64,000 bases of DNA from assembly GCF_048403405.1 (NCBI RefSeq), contig NZ_CP183131.1. One strand, 5' to 3'. Below the pieces are notes generated by a model, which worked only from the letters and a program-made list of their open reading frames with translations, had not been told where the DNA came from and did not search any database. A program made the translations under genes and the position numbers. The stretch comes from Escherichia coli (lineage in GTDB: Bacteria > Pseudomonadota > Gammaproteobacteria > Enterobacterales > Enterobacteriaceae). This document shows, in pieces, positions 16,966-26,985 of the stretch (position 1 is the stretch's first letter; each line of letters starts with the position of its first letter).

Positions 16966-17826
16966 ATGAAAAAGGCTTTAATCACCACCGTGGCTCTGGC
17001 TGTAGCAGCTCTATCTGGCTGTGCATCCACCAGCAGTTACGAACCCACAGCGTACAAAACCAATCACAGTCGCGCTTACAACATCGCGGAGGCCGGTGGC
17101 CTGGTAACAGGCATCCAAGACGCTTCTGTTCCGCGTGACAAGCTGGAGCGTCTGACCGACACCAAAACGTTTGGGGCAGCCTACGTGCTGTCTGGCTACA
17201 TGTCCCCTCAGCTCGGAATGACCGACTGGCAAGGTGGCTTGGTCAACCTTGCGAACTGGGCTATCGGCCCCAAACAGCATGGCGCTCGCAATAGCTTGAT
17301 CGCTTGGATGCCTGCTAACGAAGCAGTTTCACCGGCAGACGCTCAGGCCAAATTTCTTTCACATGTGAAAGTTTCCATTGAGTCAGCGCTGACTGATTTG
17401 GGTGCCAATTTCACGCTTCTGTATGACAAAGATGGTCGCCTAACCTATCAGTTCTACAAGAATGAATGGGGTTGCCCGACGTGGGTGAACGGACAAAGTA
17501 AGGTAGCTGACATGTGTTCCGTTAAGGTGAAAATCGTGGAGCCTCGCCTAGGGTCAGCTCCTAATTTTGTCTCTGGCGTTCAAGGTACAGCGTATGCCTT
17601 CACATCAGGCCATGAGACCGCATACAACTTTGTGAATGTCGGTAATGGGGCAGCAAGCCATGCTCCTCAGCAAGCGATCTACGCAGCTATTAGCAAACAG
17701 CTACCAGCTTGGGCCTACCTCTACCTTGCTCCAAAATCGGTTGAGCTGGATAATGGCGAAAAAGTTGCTTTCCCTTACCTTCTTGATCAGGGAAAAGCAG
17801 AGTTATTTGTTTACCCAGAAGCGTAA
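16966..17826 (+). CDS. lipoprotein (286 aa)
   Basis: Signal peptide with lipobox LSGC; RBS ACGGAGAA. Confidence 0.6.
   Translation: MKKALITTVALAVAALSGCASTSSYEPTAYKTNHSRAYNIAEAGGLVTGIQDASVPRDKLERLTDTKTFGAAYVLSGYMSPQLGMTDWQGGLVNLANWAIGPKQHGARNSLIAWMPANEAVSPADAQAKFLSHVKVSIESALTDLGANFTLLYDKDGRLTYQFYKNEWGCPTWVNGQSKVADMCSVKVKIVEPRLGSAPNFVSGVQGTAYAFTSGHETAYNFVNVGNGAASHAPQQAIYAAISKQLPAWAYLYLAPKSVELDNGEKVAFPYLLDQGKAELFVYPEA
17356..17371. promoter_or_regulatory. palindrome CTTTCACATGTGAAAG (parS-like), intragenic copy
   Basis: Read directly; inside the lipoprotein CDS. Confidence 0.5.
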
Positions 17827-17840
17827 TCAATCTACATGAG

Positions 17841-17867
17841 AAAGGGGCCGAAAGGCCCCTTTTTTTA
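17841..17867. terminator. convergent terminator between lipoprotein gene and traN
   Basis: GGGGCC-GAAA-GGCCCC with T7 on plus strand and A-tract upstream. Confidence 0.65.
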
Positions 17868-20663
17868 TCCACCACCACCAGTTGGCGCGCCTGTTTGAGG
17901 GTCTATGCTGTTTGTCGCCTCTTTTCGCTTCGCGTCAATATCAATCCCTTCCAACCGCTCCAACGCCCTTTCCTGAGCATTCTTCCGCGTCCCGTCAATA
18001 TTGAAGTCATTCCCTGCTCCAGTCAGCGAGTCGAGATTTATTGAGGCCGGATCAGGGAATTTACCGTTCTGCTGTAATATCCCAAGCCACTCATCCAAAT
18101 TAATTTTGCTCCAATCAATTTCGGCAATTTTATCTAGTGGAATCCCTTCACACTGAGGATTTTTGGGGTCTCCAAAGTTCTGCCCCAATTGAGGGCGAAC
18201 CTGTTCTTGTATAATACGAGAGAGCGGAGAATTGAAGCAGCAATACGCTTCTCTTTTTTCAATACAAGCGCCCAACACCTTAGATTTACAATAAGAGCCT
18301 ACATAGGTGCAATTCTTGAGCGCTCTTTTGGCGTTCATAGTGAACTCTTCTTCCTCGCACTTATAAATCATCTGGATCATCACCATCGCAACGACATAGA
18401 CGGTATATATCGTCATGGCAGTGCTAAGCCATGTTGTCGCAGTCTCCATCATTGCTTCGGCAGCTTGTTCAGATGCTGCGGCAGCCGCCTGCTCTGTTGC
18501 TGCATCTTGGCCTGCTGATTTCATGACATCCATCATCACTTCTTTGACTTGCTCTTTGAGCTGGTCAATGAGTTGATCAACAAACTGCTCTACAGGCTGG
18601 AAGAACGAATCAACAGCACCTGAAACGTTCTCTATATAACTTGTGAACGGTTTTGTGACTTCTGTCCACCCTTGAAGGGCAGGTTCCCTAAGTACCTGAT
18701 AAGCACCTTTAAGCGCATTACCATCAGTCAGCCCCATCACTGCGCCATCGAGCTTTGGAACGGCCATTATTAGGTTCAGATAATCGGCAAGAGATATATT
18801 GGTTGGCTTTTCACAGCAATCAGAAACTCCCCCAACAGCTATCTTGCATTCGCCAGCTTCCCCTGCAAAAGCAGAGCAAATAACGTTTTCATCCCCGGTA
18901 GGATTGTCATCCCCATCTTGGCCTGTGCAGCTCATATCCTGCGTCATGAATTGGGCTGCATTGAGCAACGCAGTAGCGCGAGCAAAATCAGTGCTTTGTG
19001 TTTTGGTCAAATCAAGGCAGTCATCTCCCATGCAGCGTATAGGCCCACCGCACTGGTACTCAGTTTCCTTTTCCAAGGTCGGAACAGAAACATCTGTACC
19101 ACAGTCATAAGTATCCTCGTGGACGTAGCACGTACCAGAACTTCCCTGAGCACCATCAACACATTTGGAACTGATGAAGCCGCACTGAGGGTTTTCTTCA
19201 TATTTCTGACAGCTATCGAGATTCCCGCCCGTGTTTACCGGACAGTGCGTTTCACCTTGAGGGTCTGTCCAGCAGTCCATTTGCCCCTTATAAAAGTCAT
19301 AGTCAGCTTTAACTCGAACCTTTTTGCATAGTTTTGGAATACCAGGCAAAGGTGACGGCTTGAGTTGAGATTCGCAAACTTTGATCCCATTGATGACTGT
19401 GCAGCCCGTAGCATCAGTCGGGTCATCTATACATGTGATCTCGCCTTCCGCAAAACCATCTACAACCCCTTTGGCTGAATCCATGCAGCTCTGTGGAGCC
19501 CACTCATCCTTGGTAATGGCTTTTGATGGGTCATAGCGTAGCTTTATGCGGCCAAAACCCTCACCTGCGCCAGTTACTGAAACGCGGATCTTAAACGTAA
19601 CAACATCACCATCTTTCACATTCTTGAAATAGGGAGTGACATCAATATTAGGGTTTCGCTCCCAACTTGTTGACAATTCACATCGGCCAGCCGTTTCTGG
19701 AGGGAAATTGCCGTCAGGGCCGGACCATACTTTAGTTTCCTGACCTGATTTACCAACCCAAACTTGCATGTAGTCATCCCACTTGGCGTACTCAAGAGTT
19801 GCAGACACTATGGCGTCTGGATTACTGACTTGGACCCGCGTGTATTCCTCATAAATCGAACAGTTGCCACTCCAGTAGTCGTTACCAACTCGGCCAATCC
19901 ACAACTCAGTACAGCCTTCTCCACAAGATTTGAGGTTATATGGACCATCATAGTGCTTCACCACAGAGGCATCGTAGTCATGGACAACCTCACAGTCCGC
20001 GCTTTGATCTACAACACGCTGACACCGTTCATACTCTGGAATGTGGGCGTTGATAGTATTCTGATTGATGGTTGTTTCGGCAGAACAATCCCCAAAGCCA
20101 CCTGCGATGAGGTCCATATCCTCATAGGTCTTTTTGCTTAGATTTAGTACAGGGTCATTACTGAAATCAGGGCGTGATCGATTAGAGGCATCGAGAAGAA
20201 CCTTGTATGCCGCACCAGAGATTGATGGATTAGCACTATTGGCATCACTCCACAGCGACCCTTTTGCATTATTCCCCACGCTGTCCATGTCATCGCCAGA
20301 GTCGTAAATGCCTTGCAGACCGCCCACATCAGGTTTATTGGCATCAGGGAAGTAATAACTATCAGGTTTATTGTTGGTCCCGCTCGTTCCGGGGAATAGA
20401 TCATTGACATTAATCTGACTCCCCCCGTTCATTTGGAATTGACCGTCTTTCAACGTCGGCATAGAGATTGTGCCATCTTGCACAGTCCCCGAGCTCGACT
20501 TGAATGAGTTTGAGAGGTTTTGTCCGAAAGCCTGGGCCTCTTTACCCACCGCTGTGATGTCCTGGTCTTGGCTACCGTTAGCGTAGGAATGTATCGGCAG
20601 CGCAGACATGGTTACTGTCAACAGCGAGGCCACAGCTTTCATAAAGTAATTATGACTTCGCAT
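17865..20663 (-). CDS. traN: mating-pair stabilisation outer-membrane protein TraN
   Basis: Cys-rich 932 aa with signal peptide; position after traU; ORF track 17865..20675, RBS TGGAGAA before MRSHNYF. Confidence 0.85.
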   Translation of the reverse strand: MRSHNYFMKAVASLLTVTMSALPIHSYANGSQDQDITAVGKEAQAFGQNLSNSFKSSSGTVQDGTISMPTLKDGQFQMNGGSQINVNDLFPGTSGTNNKPDSYYFPDANKPDVGGLQGIYDSGDDMDSVGNNAKGSLWSDANSANPSISGAAYKVLLDASNRSRPDFSNDPVLNLSKKTYEDMDLIAGGFGDCSAETTINQNTINAHIPEYERCQRVVDQSADCEVVHDYDASVVKHYDGPYNLKSCGEGCTELWIGRVGNDYWSGNCSIYEEYTRVQVSNPDAIVSATLEYAKWDDYMQVWVGKSGQETKVWSGPDGNFPPETAGRCELSTSWERNPNIDVTPYFKNVKDGDVVTFKIRVSVTGAGEGFGRIKLRYDPSKAITKDEWAPQSCMDSAKGVVDGFAEGEITCIDDPTDATGCTVINGIKVCESQLKPSPLPGIPKLCKKVRVKADYDFYKGQMDCWTDPQGETHCPVNTGGNLDSCQKYEENPQCGFISSKCVDGAQGSSGTCYVHEDTYDCGTDVSVPTLEKETEYQCGGPIRCMGDDCLDLTKTQSTDFARATALLNAAQFMTQDMSCTGQDGDDNPTGDENVICSAFAGEAGECKIAVGGVSDCCEKPTNISLADYLNLIMAVPKLDGAVMGLTDGNALKGAYQVLREPALQGWTEVTKPFTSYIENVSGAVDSFFQPVEQFVDQLIDQLKEQVKEVMMDVMKSAGQDAATEQAAAAASEQAAEAMMETATTWLSTAMTIYTVYVVAMVMIQMIYKCEEEEFTMNAKRALKNCTYVGSYCKSKVLGACIEKREAYCCFNSPLSRIIQEQVRPQLGQNFGDPKNPQCEGIPLDKIAEIDWSKINLDEWLGILQQNGKFPDPASINLDSLTGAGNDFNIDGTRKNAQERALERLEGIDIDAKRKEATNSIDPQTGAPTGGGG

Positions 20664-20778
20664 TGTGTTCTCCATTTCAACCTTCCCATGCTATCTGAGA
20701 AGACAAGGGCCACCTGTACGTGTAGTGGCCCTTTTGGGGCATAATCTAAAATGCCCGTGCAAATTCGTTAGGGTCTGC

Positions 20779-21786
20779 TCAATTGTTACAGCAATCATTC
20801 CATCGCCAGATGGTGTAAATAGGGTCTTGCCCAATTGCCGGTATAGTTCGCGCCAGACCCCACGTAAGAGTGGATTCGCCAATTACGTGAGATGAGTTTG
20901 TCTCTGGAACCGGATGCAATAGCGTGAATTTGTACTGCGTTTTGGGTAGTGTTGGGCTAATAACACCTCTACACATAGCCTCAGAACCCATTGTCTTCCA
21001 CGCTAACCCCCGGCGATGCAAAGCAGCCAGAACCCTTGTGCTAAGAAGACTGCTATCGCGGATAACACCTTTTCCACCATTCTGGTTGCCACTAAATGGA
21101 TACAGGGTGCCCCATGAACCAGCACACCAGAAAAGCTGTTTTAAAGGTTTTCCAGCGGTTGATGAGACAGCATCAGCAGTACACGCAGCCGCCGCAATTG
21201 GGTTTGCTACTGCCGCCGCCTCTGGATTGGTAAAAAAAGCGAGCTCATCATTGTTCCAGGTCGGGTCGAGCTCCGACATGTACATGATGTCGAGATCCAT
21301 ATACCCATCAGCATTACAGGTCTGCTTAATAAATAAATCGAGCATCACCAACAGAGGAAACGCATAGTAGTGATAGTGCATAAAAGAACCATCACCACCA
21401 TCCATGTCTCCCATGCCATGATGCCCTTGGTTAGTCCTATCAAACGGGAACCTGACACCATTCAAGACAGATGAGCAGCCAGGCACTCTCTGAAATTCAA
21501 CAAGCCGTGCTGGCTCCCACATAGAAGTGGTGACTCCAGGCCGAGGGACCCCTAGATTATCCTCGCACATACACAGAGGGTTGCTTACGGCTTCACTCGG
21601 GAATGATCCGCCTCCACCACTTATAGGAACCCCTGCTACTTTGATGGGAAAAATACAGCTCCAGCAGATGTCAGTAATCAGTTTTCCGCCGATTACTTCC
21701 GCATTCTGGCACCCAGGGTCAGCCGATACCGAACGAACCCAAAAGACCGCGCTAACGGCAATGACCCGTAGAATTTTTTGCATCAT
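20779..21786 (-). CDS. traU: conjugal transfer pilus assembly protein TraU
   Basis: Signal peptide and Cys-containing TraU-like sequence; gene order; ORF track 20779..21858. Confidence 0.85.
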   Translation of the reverse strand: MMQKILRVIAVSAVFWVRSVSADPGCQNAEVIGGKLITDICWSCIFPIKVAGVPISGGGGSFPSEAVSNPLCMCEDNLGVPRPGVTTSMWEPARLVEFQRVPGCSSVLNGVRFPFDRTNQGHHGMGDMDGGDGSFMHYHYYAFPLLVMLDLFIKQTCNADGYMDLDIMYMSELDPTWNNDELAFFTNPEAAAVANPIAAAACTADAVSSTAGKPLKQLFWCAGSWGTLYPFSGNQNGGKGVIRDSSLLSTRVLAALHRRGLAWKTMGSEAMCRGVISPTLPKTQYKFTLLHPVPETNSSHVIGESTLTWGLARTIPAIGQDPIYTIWRWNDCCNN

Positions 21787-22454
21787 GGTAAGGCCTTTAC
21801 GTAATTCAAGTGTTTCTCCATGACAGCAGGCTTCCCGTGATAGAAACCTTGTTGCCATGACAGTCCAAGTAATTTGGCGCTCTCCCCCAATGGGAAGCTC
21901 TCCACCTGCTCAGCAATGAGCTGTATGCCTTTTCGGCGGCAGTGGAGGATGGCCGAGTAGTCTTCAAGCGACCGCAGTCTTCTCGCGTCAAACTTGCAAT
22001 AGTGCCAGTCATAACGACTCAGGCGCTCCAGCGAAGAGTTTTTGTCTCCATAGTCATCCAGCGCCAGCTCAACCCCTATTTCGGTAAGAGCCTCCCATCT
22101 CAATGCGAGAGAGGCATCCTGAATGCCCTCGGTAATCTCGATGACAAGCCGTGATGAGTGATTCTTAGCAATGTCGCGGACAACCCTCCACCACGCTTTG
22201 AAAATGACGTCTGATTGCAAAGTATGTTCAGAGACATTCAGAAAAAGAGCTGGGTACAGATCCAAGCAATAATGAAGGTTGTCCTGAATGAACCGTGCCA
22301 TCTCCATATCCACCAGCCCCCAATAAGGAGGTGATGACAGAGAGGATGGTGTAAGAACCCGGCCTTCGTCGTACCAACGAGCCAGTACCTCAGCAGCGAC
22401 AAACGAACCTGTGCCGACGTCTTTAATTGGTTGGAAAGCCGGGGCAAAAATCAT
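21783..22454 (-). CDS. stand-alone EAL-domain protein (putative c-di-GMP phosphodiesterase)
   Basis: EAL-like motifs EVLAR, N, EITE, DDYGD, KFD, AEQVES, QQGFYHGKP; start and stop overlap traW and traU. Confidence 0.7.
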   Translation of the reverse strand: MIFAPAFQPIKDVGTGSFVAAEVLARWYDEGRVLTPSSLSSPPYWGLVDMEMARFIQDNLHYCLDLYPALFLNVSEHTLQSDVIFKAWWRVVRDIAKNHSSRLVIEITEGIQDASLALRWEALTEIGVELALDDYGDKNSSLERLSRYDWHYCKFDARRLRSLEDYSAILHCRRKGIQLIAEQVESFPLGESAKLLGLSWQQGFYHGKPAVMEKHLNYVKALP

Positions 22455-23716
22455 TCACCGCCCTCCTCAGCAAGTTCGCGGACAACAAACTTCTTGCCTC
22501 TGGCAGTAATGACGCTCGGTGTGTGCTCCAGCTCGAACCGGGTAATCAGATCTGGCGTCAGCAGATATACCGGCGCGTCAAAGTTGTCGGTGACACTCTT
22601 GTAGGAATCCCAGCCTTTGTCTTTGTCGAACTCTGTGGCGATATAGGTAATCCGTTGTACGCCAGGTTCCTGCTTAATTTCAGGCAGCTTCTTGGCGAGC
22701 AGCTCCATTTGCTTTTTGTCCAGCGGGTCGAAAACTACGACCGCTTGGGTAAATGGCCGCGTTCCAGGCTTGCAAACTTCCTTCGGATCGCACAATGGGT
22801 TGATCACGTCACCCGCGTGAGCGAACACAGTGCCATCCGGAGTGCTGATGTCACTGGTGATCATGACGCTAGGGTCAATTTCTCGTGTTCGAGATTTTGG
22901 CGCTCTGGGCAGCTCATTGAAATTCTGCTTGGTCCAGAAGCGCTCTATAGCCTGTTTCTTCTTCTCTTCCCAGTCGATATTGGCAAGGCGTTTCTTGGCA
23001 ACATCAATAAGGTCTGGCTCACTGATTTTCTCCACCGGCCCCTTAACGCCGAGATCGCCTTTTTCTCCGTTATCCACTTCCCGAGCCAACCATACCGGGT
23101 CGGACAACCCGGAGACCTGGGCGACGACGTTTGGTTGTTCGCCAGGCAGCGGCTCATCCTCCAGCATCACAATCGTGGGAACGGCTGTGATGTTGTACGT
23201 TTTGAACAACGTAGGGTTGATGATGATGTTCGGCACTGGGTCTTTTTTGGCCGCGAGCGCCTGAATAGCTTTAACTCCCTGCCCCAAGTTCATTCCTTCC
23301 GGGATGCCACGGAACACAATTACAGAATCAGGCTGGCCTGACACCGCCGTTAGGACGTCATCTAACCCCTGTTCGCCAAGAGACAACGAGGCGAAAACCA
23401 GTATCCGATGGTCAGAGTAGATACCCTTTTCAGCCTGTTTCCGGTGCATCTCCTTGAGCGTTGGGTTAGTAGTTTGGAGCTGCTTGAAAAATGCCTTGGC
23501 TTCGGCCTGAGCCTCGTCCATGTGTTGGTTTTGCAACAGAGATGGCATTTCCATCTTCTGGGCCTTTTGGGCAATTTGCTTTCCTTTCTCAATAAGCGCC
23601 TTATCCTGCTCTGTGAGCGGAGACTCTTGAGCGTATGCCCCGCCAGCCACAGAGAATATCAACGCCACCAGAACGCTCTTAGAACAGGGGATATGCGCGG
23701 CCAATGATCTGATCAT
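22451..23716 (-). CDS. traW: TraW-like pilus assembly protein (long form, possibly TrbC-TraW fusion)
   Basis: Signal peptide; position between trhF and traU; 421 aa, longer than F-plasmid TraW. Confidence 0.7.
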   Translation of the reverse strand: MIRSLAAHIPCSKSVLVALIFSVAGGAYAQESPLTEQDKALIEKGKQIAQKAQKMEMPSLLQNQHMDEAQAEAKAFFKQLQTTNPTLKEMHRKQAEKGIYSDHRILVFASLSLGEQGLDDVLTAVSGQPDSVIVFRGIPEGMNLGQGVKAIQALAAKKDPVPNIIINPTLFKTYNITAVPTIVMLEDEPLPGEQPNVVAQVSGLSDPVWLAREVDNGEKGDLGVKGPVEKISEPDLIDVAKKRLANIDWEEKKKQAIERFWTKQNFNELPRAPKSRTREIDPSVMITSDISTPDGTVFAHAGDVINPLCDPKEVCKPGTRPFTQAVVVFDPLDKKQMELLAKKLPEIKQEPGVQRITYIATEFDKDKGWDSYKSVTDNFDAPVYLLTPDLITRFELEHTPSVITARGKKFVVRELAEEGGE

Positions 23717-24209
23717 TTTTCACAGTCCCCCAGTAACGTGAGTCGAAGCTGAATGGGCTTTTGCCCATAAACCAGTAGTTATTCTCTTTCAGCGTGGTCT
23801 TGCCGTAAAAGTGGCTCTCTGGCAGATGTAGTTTCCCTGCGAGCTGGAGCCCCTCTCCGACGACATCACCATTGACGGTGATCTTCCACTTATCGTTGAT
23901 CTCGACTTTATCCCCCGGCATACCGGTGAGGATTTTGACCATGCGAGTCCCGTCCTTGTAGAAAGGCTGCATGTTCTTGGCTTGGAAGGCGTAAACAGCT
24001 CCCCTCTCCAGAGTTTGGTCGTTCAGATCAATGAGGAAGAAGGTGTAACCCGGCAGGCACTTCTCCTGTTGTGGATCAATGCCAATACGGTAGCGGCTGG
24101 CAAAGGCCGCACCAGCAGCCCAAAGAACCAGTAGTGTCACACCGGCCTTAACCCCGAAGCGCTTCCAGGATTCCTTTTTGACGAAATACTTCTTGAGTGG
24201 AAAATTCAT
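23679..24209 (-). CDS. trhF: signal peptidase I-like conjugative peptidase (TraF/TrhF)
   Basis: S26 peptidase box SFDSRYWG; N-terminal TM; RBS GAGGTG. Confidence 0.8.
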   Translation of the reverse strand: MNFPLKKYFVKKESWKRFGVKAGVTLLVLWAAGAAFASRYRIGIDPQQEKCLPGYTFFLIDLNDQTLERGAVYAFQAKNMQPFYKDGTRMVKILTGMPGDKVEINDKWKITVNGDVVGEGLQLAGKLHLPESHFYGKTTLKENNYWFMGKSPFSFDSRYWGTVKNDQIIGRAYPLF

Positions 24210-24523
24210 TTCAGCACCTCATCAGGGAGGTACACGTCACTTGGAGCACCGACGACAGCACTTGCGTCAAGGACCAAATAACCTGCGTCTTTCAACTTCA
24301 AAATTGCGTCATTGGTCTTGACCATCAGTCTTTCAACTTCCTCCTGAGAGGCACCAGCGGGATACGCCGACGCCACTTTAGCGAAGTCAACCACGACCAC
24401 TGGCGGGGTTTGATTCAAACGCTGATGGATGCTTGCCGTTTGTTCGCTCATCACGTAGTAGCTACCGCCGAAGCCACCAGCGGCACCGAGAATGGCGGCG
24501 ATTGCGATTGATTTAATGTCCAT
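24206..24523 (-). CDS. TrbI-like inner-membrane conjugation protein
   Basis: N-terminal TM and ..YLVLDASAVVGAPSDV.. resembling F TrbI ..VILVSPAVVQGAPDIT.. Confidence 0.5.
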   Translation of the reverse strand: MDIKSIAIAAILGAAGGFGGSYYVMSEQTASIHQRLNQTPPVVVVDFAKVASAYPAGASQEEVERLMVKTNDAILKLKDAGYLVLDASAVVGAPSDVYLPDEVLK

Positions 24524-24537
24524 TACTGTCTCCCTGG

Positions 24538-26985
24538 TTATGCAGCCTGCTGACGGCTTCGCATCACGGCCTTGATTGCCTCAGGAATGCTCATGCCTTG
24601 TTTCACAAACTGGTCGATGGCGTTAACGTCCACCGGATCGGTCGAATAAAGCAGCTTCTGGAAGTCGCCCACTATCAAGCGTCCGACGCCCATGCCGCTC
24701 TTCGATTTGATAAAGATTTCTGAGTACACGCCCTGGATGGTGTGTACCGTCTTGAGGGTGTGGAACCCGCCCTCTGAAAGGGTCAGACGACCGCTACGTT
24801 TAACAGATTCCACGGTTTCTTCGGTTTGGCCGAGCAAGTACATGCTGGCCGAGTTCTCCGCGATGGCGCGGCCCACTGCGTTCTCATAGAGGTCGTTGAT
24901 GGACTGCGTTGCAATGACAACGGAGCCACCGTACTTACGGAATTTGCGGTAGGCATGTTCCATGAAGACCGAGACCTCGCCCTCTTTGAGCAGGTCCCAG
25001 GCCTCATCCACGATGACGACTTTCTTGCGGTTACGTTCACCCAGGAATACTTCTTGCTGGATCTGGTAAATAAGCTGGAGCAGTACAACCTGACGCAAGT
25101 GCTTACGCCCTTGCAGTTCATCGAGCTCCAGTACAGTGAACTGGTTCTGGAAGCTGACGTTGTTCTTGCGAGAGAAGTATTTCCCGTAGCTACCTTTCGA
25201 CGTAAAGGCGTAGAGCTGCTGACCAATATCCTTGAGGCGCTGGTCGTTTTCTTCTTCCAGACAGCGCTCAGCGATGTCGTCAACCTTCATCTCTTTACCT
25301 TTCTCTTCCCACAGGCGAGAAAGGACCTGTTTCAGCGCAGAGATTTGCCATTCATCCAGCAAGCCTTTGGCCGACGCCATTGCACAAACGAGGCTGACAA
25401 TCGCGTCTTCTTCGTCCTCGTAGTTCTGTATGAGCTCGAACGGGTTGAGGCAGACGTGCGTTCCTTCTTCAAAGTGAACGAAGTCGCCATTGAGCATTTC
25501 CGACAGCTTCTGGTAGGACTTACCGGCATCAATAACCCAGACCTGAGCACCCTCGGACAAGTAGGAAAAAATCAGTTCGTTGGTAAGGAACGATTTACCC
25601 GAGCCGGATTCGGCTGCGATCACCAGGTTTTTGTTGGTATTACTGTCGTGAAGAGACAGACTCATGAGCTGGCCGTTGCGGGAAATCAGCGCTGCATGAT
25701 AGGTCCCGGTCCCCTTCCATTCCCCAAACACCGGCAGGACCACAGCCGCCTGCTCGGTTGTCATGGTCTTGTAGCGGAATAGGTCTCGCACTGCATCCCG
25801 GTCTGTACAGAATGGCAGGCAGTTGAGGAACATCGGCAGAGCAACGAACTTATCCTCCATCAGCTCGAACCGAGATTCACGCCAGATGTTTCGTGCGGCC
25901 ATCGCCGCCGCTTCAACACGTTCTTTGGTTGGAGCAAATAAAACCACCGAGTAGGTGATCTTGACTGGCTTAGCCCCCTCTTTCATGGACTCATAGAGAG
26001 TGTCGAAGCTCTCCTTTTTGTCCGCCAGCACCGGCACGAATTTGAGCATCGGCCCGTAGGCTTGGTTTACAGTGAACTGGCGTTTGCGCTCCAGAGTGTT
26101 TTTCGTGCTTTCTGCCTCAGGGAAAAACACATTGGTCACAACCATGTAGTTTTCTTTGATGCTGGAGTTGCCGCCGCTGAGATCCCCGGCATAGGTCAAC
26201 GCATCACCAAAGTAGAAAACGTCAGGCAGCTTTTTCGCTGACATGACTTTCGCGTGGTAGTCCCCCAGCCTGATGCCGTTCTTGCTGACTTCCACATCAG
26301 TGCCGTAATCGAAGATTTGCTCGCAGATGGGCTTATCCATCTCCCAATCCACAGAGTCATGTCGCCATGAAGCATCCGGCCCCCAATTCAGGATGGTGCT
26401 CATGATCCGGATGTAGTTCACCGCCGTCATTGTGCGGGGACGCAGACCAACGGTTTGAAGCGATGATTCGACCTTCGTGCGAAGCTGTGCGAGCTGCTGG
26501 AGTTCGCTTTCAGTCGGGTTATTGTTCTTGATGGGGACTTTGCACGTAACGAACAGCTTGAGGTCTTGGATCAAGCCATTGTCGTAGATACCTTTGTTGG
26601 TCTTGGCAAATATGCGTTCTGTCGTGTGGTGCTGGAGGAAGTTAATCCGTTCCTTGATGACAGATGTCAGCAGCTCGTGACGGAAGCCATCACGCAACCC
26701 CATCATCCGGTACATCTCCTGATTGATGTCCGGGGAGCGGAACAGAACAAACTGGAGCGTAGTCTTCGACGGGAACTCCTGATTCAGGAAACCGTTCATT
26801 CGCTCCTGAACTTTTTCATCGGCACCACACAGGGGCTCACACATGAAACCAAAGCCTGCACTGTGGTCATCCATAAGGAAGACATGATCGTCTTCGTCAT
26901 AGGCCAGGACAGGAATAATCCCGGCAGCTCGCAAGTGCTCCGGGATCAACGTTTCTTCGAGTTTCTTTTTGATGGTTACGATCAT
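24538..26985 (-). CDS. traC: conjugative transfer ATPase TraC (VirB4-like)
   Basis: 815 aa; Walker A AAESGSGKS; gene order. Confidence 0.9.
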   Translation of the reverse strand: MIVTIKKKLEETLIPEHLRAAGIIPVLAYDEDDHVFLMDDHSAGFGFMCEPLCGADEKVQERMNGFLNQEFPSKTTLQFVLFRSPDINQEMYRMMGLRDGFRHELLTSVIKERINFLQHHTTERIFAKTNKGIYDNGLIQDLKLFVTCKVPIKNNNPTESELQQLAQLRTKVESSLQTVGLRPRTMTAVNYIRIMSTILNWGPDASWRHDSVDWEMDKPICEQIFDYGTDVEVSKNGIRLGDYHAKVMSAKKLPDVFYFGDALTYAGDLSGGNSSIKENYMVVTNVFFPEAESTKNTLERKRQFTVNQAYGPMLKFVPVLADKKESFDTLYESMKEGAKPVKITYSVVLFAPTKERVEAAAMAARNIWRESRFELMEDKFVALPMFLNCLPFCTDRDAVRDLFRYKTMTTEQAAVVLPVFGEWKGTGTYHAALISRNGQLMSLSLHDSNTNKNLVIAAESGSGKSFLTNELIFSYLSEGAQVWVIDAGKSYQKLSEMLNGDFVHFEEGTHVCLNPFELIQNYEDEEDAIVSLVCAMASAKGLLDEWQISALKQVLSRLWEEKGKEMKVDDIAERCLEEENDQRLKDIGQQLYAFTSKGSYGKYFSRKNNVSFQNQFTVLELDELQGRKHLRQVVLLQLIYQIQQEVFLGERNRKKVVIVDEAWDLLKEGEVSVFMEHAYRKFRKYGGSVVIATQSINDLYENAVGRAIAENSASMYLLGQTEETVESVKRSGRLTLSEGGFHTLKTVHTIQGVYSEIFIKSKSGMGVGRLIVGDFQKLLYSTDPVDVNAIDQFVKQGMSIPEAIKAVMRSRQQAA

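Noticed and set aside
20737-20758. GGGGCATAATCTAAAATGCCC upstream of traN as an activator box
   Set aside because: Half-sites are in the inverted arrangement (GGGCA..TGCCC, not GCCC..GGGC) and the spacer is longer; traN is more likely read through from traU
24826-25782. 318-aa plus-strand ORF
   Set aside because: Antisense within traC, whose Walker motifs fix the coding strand
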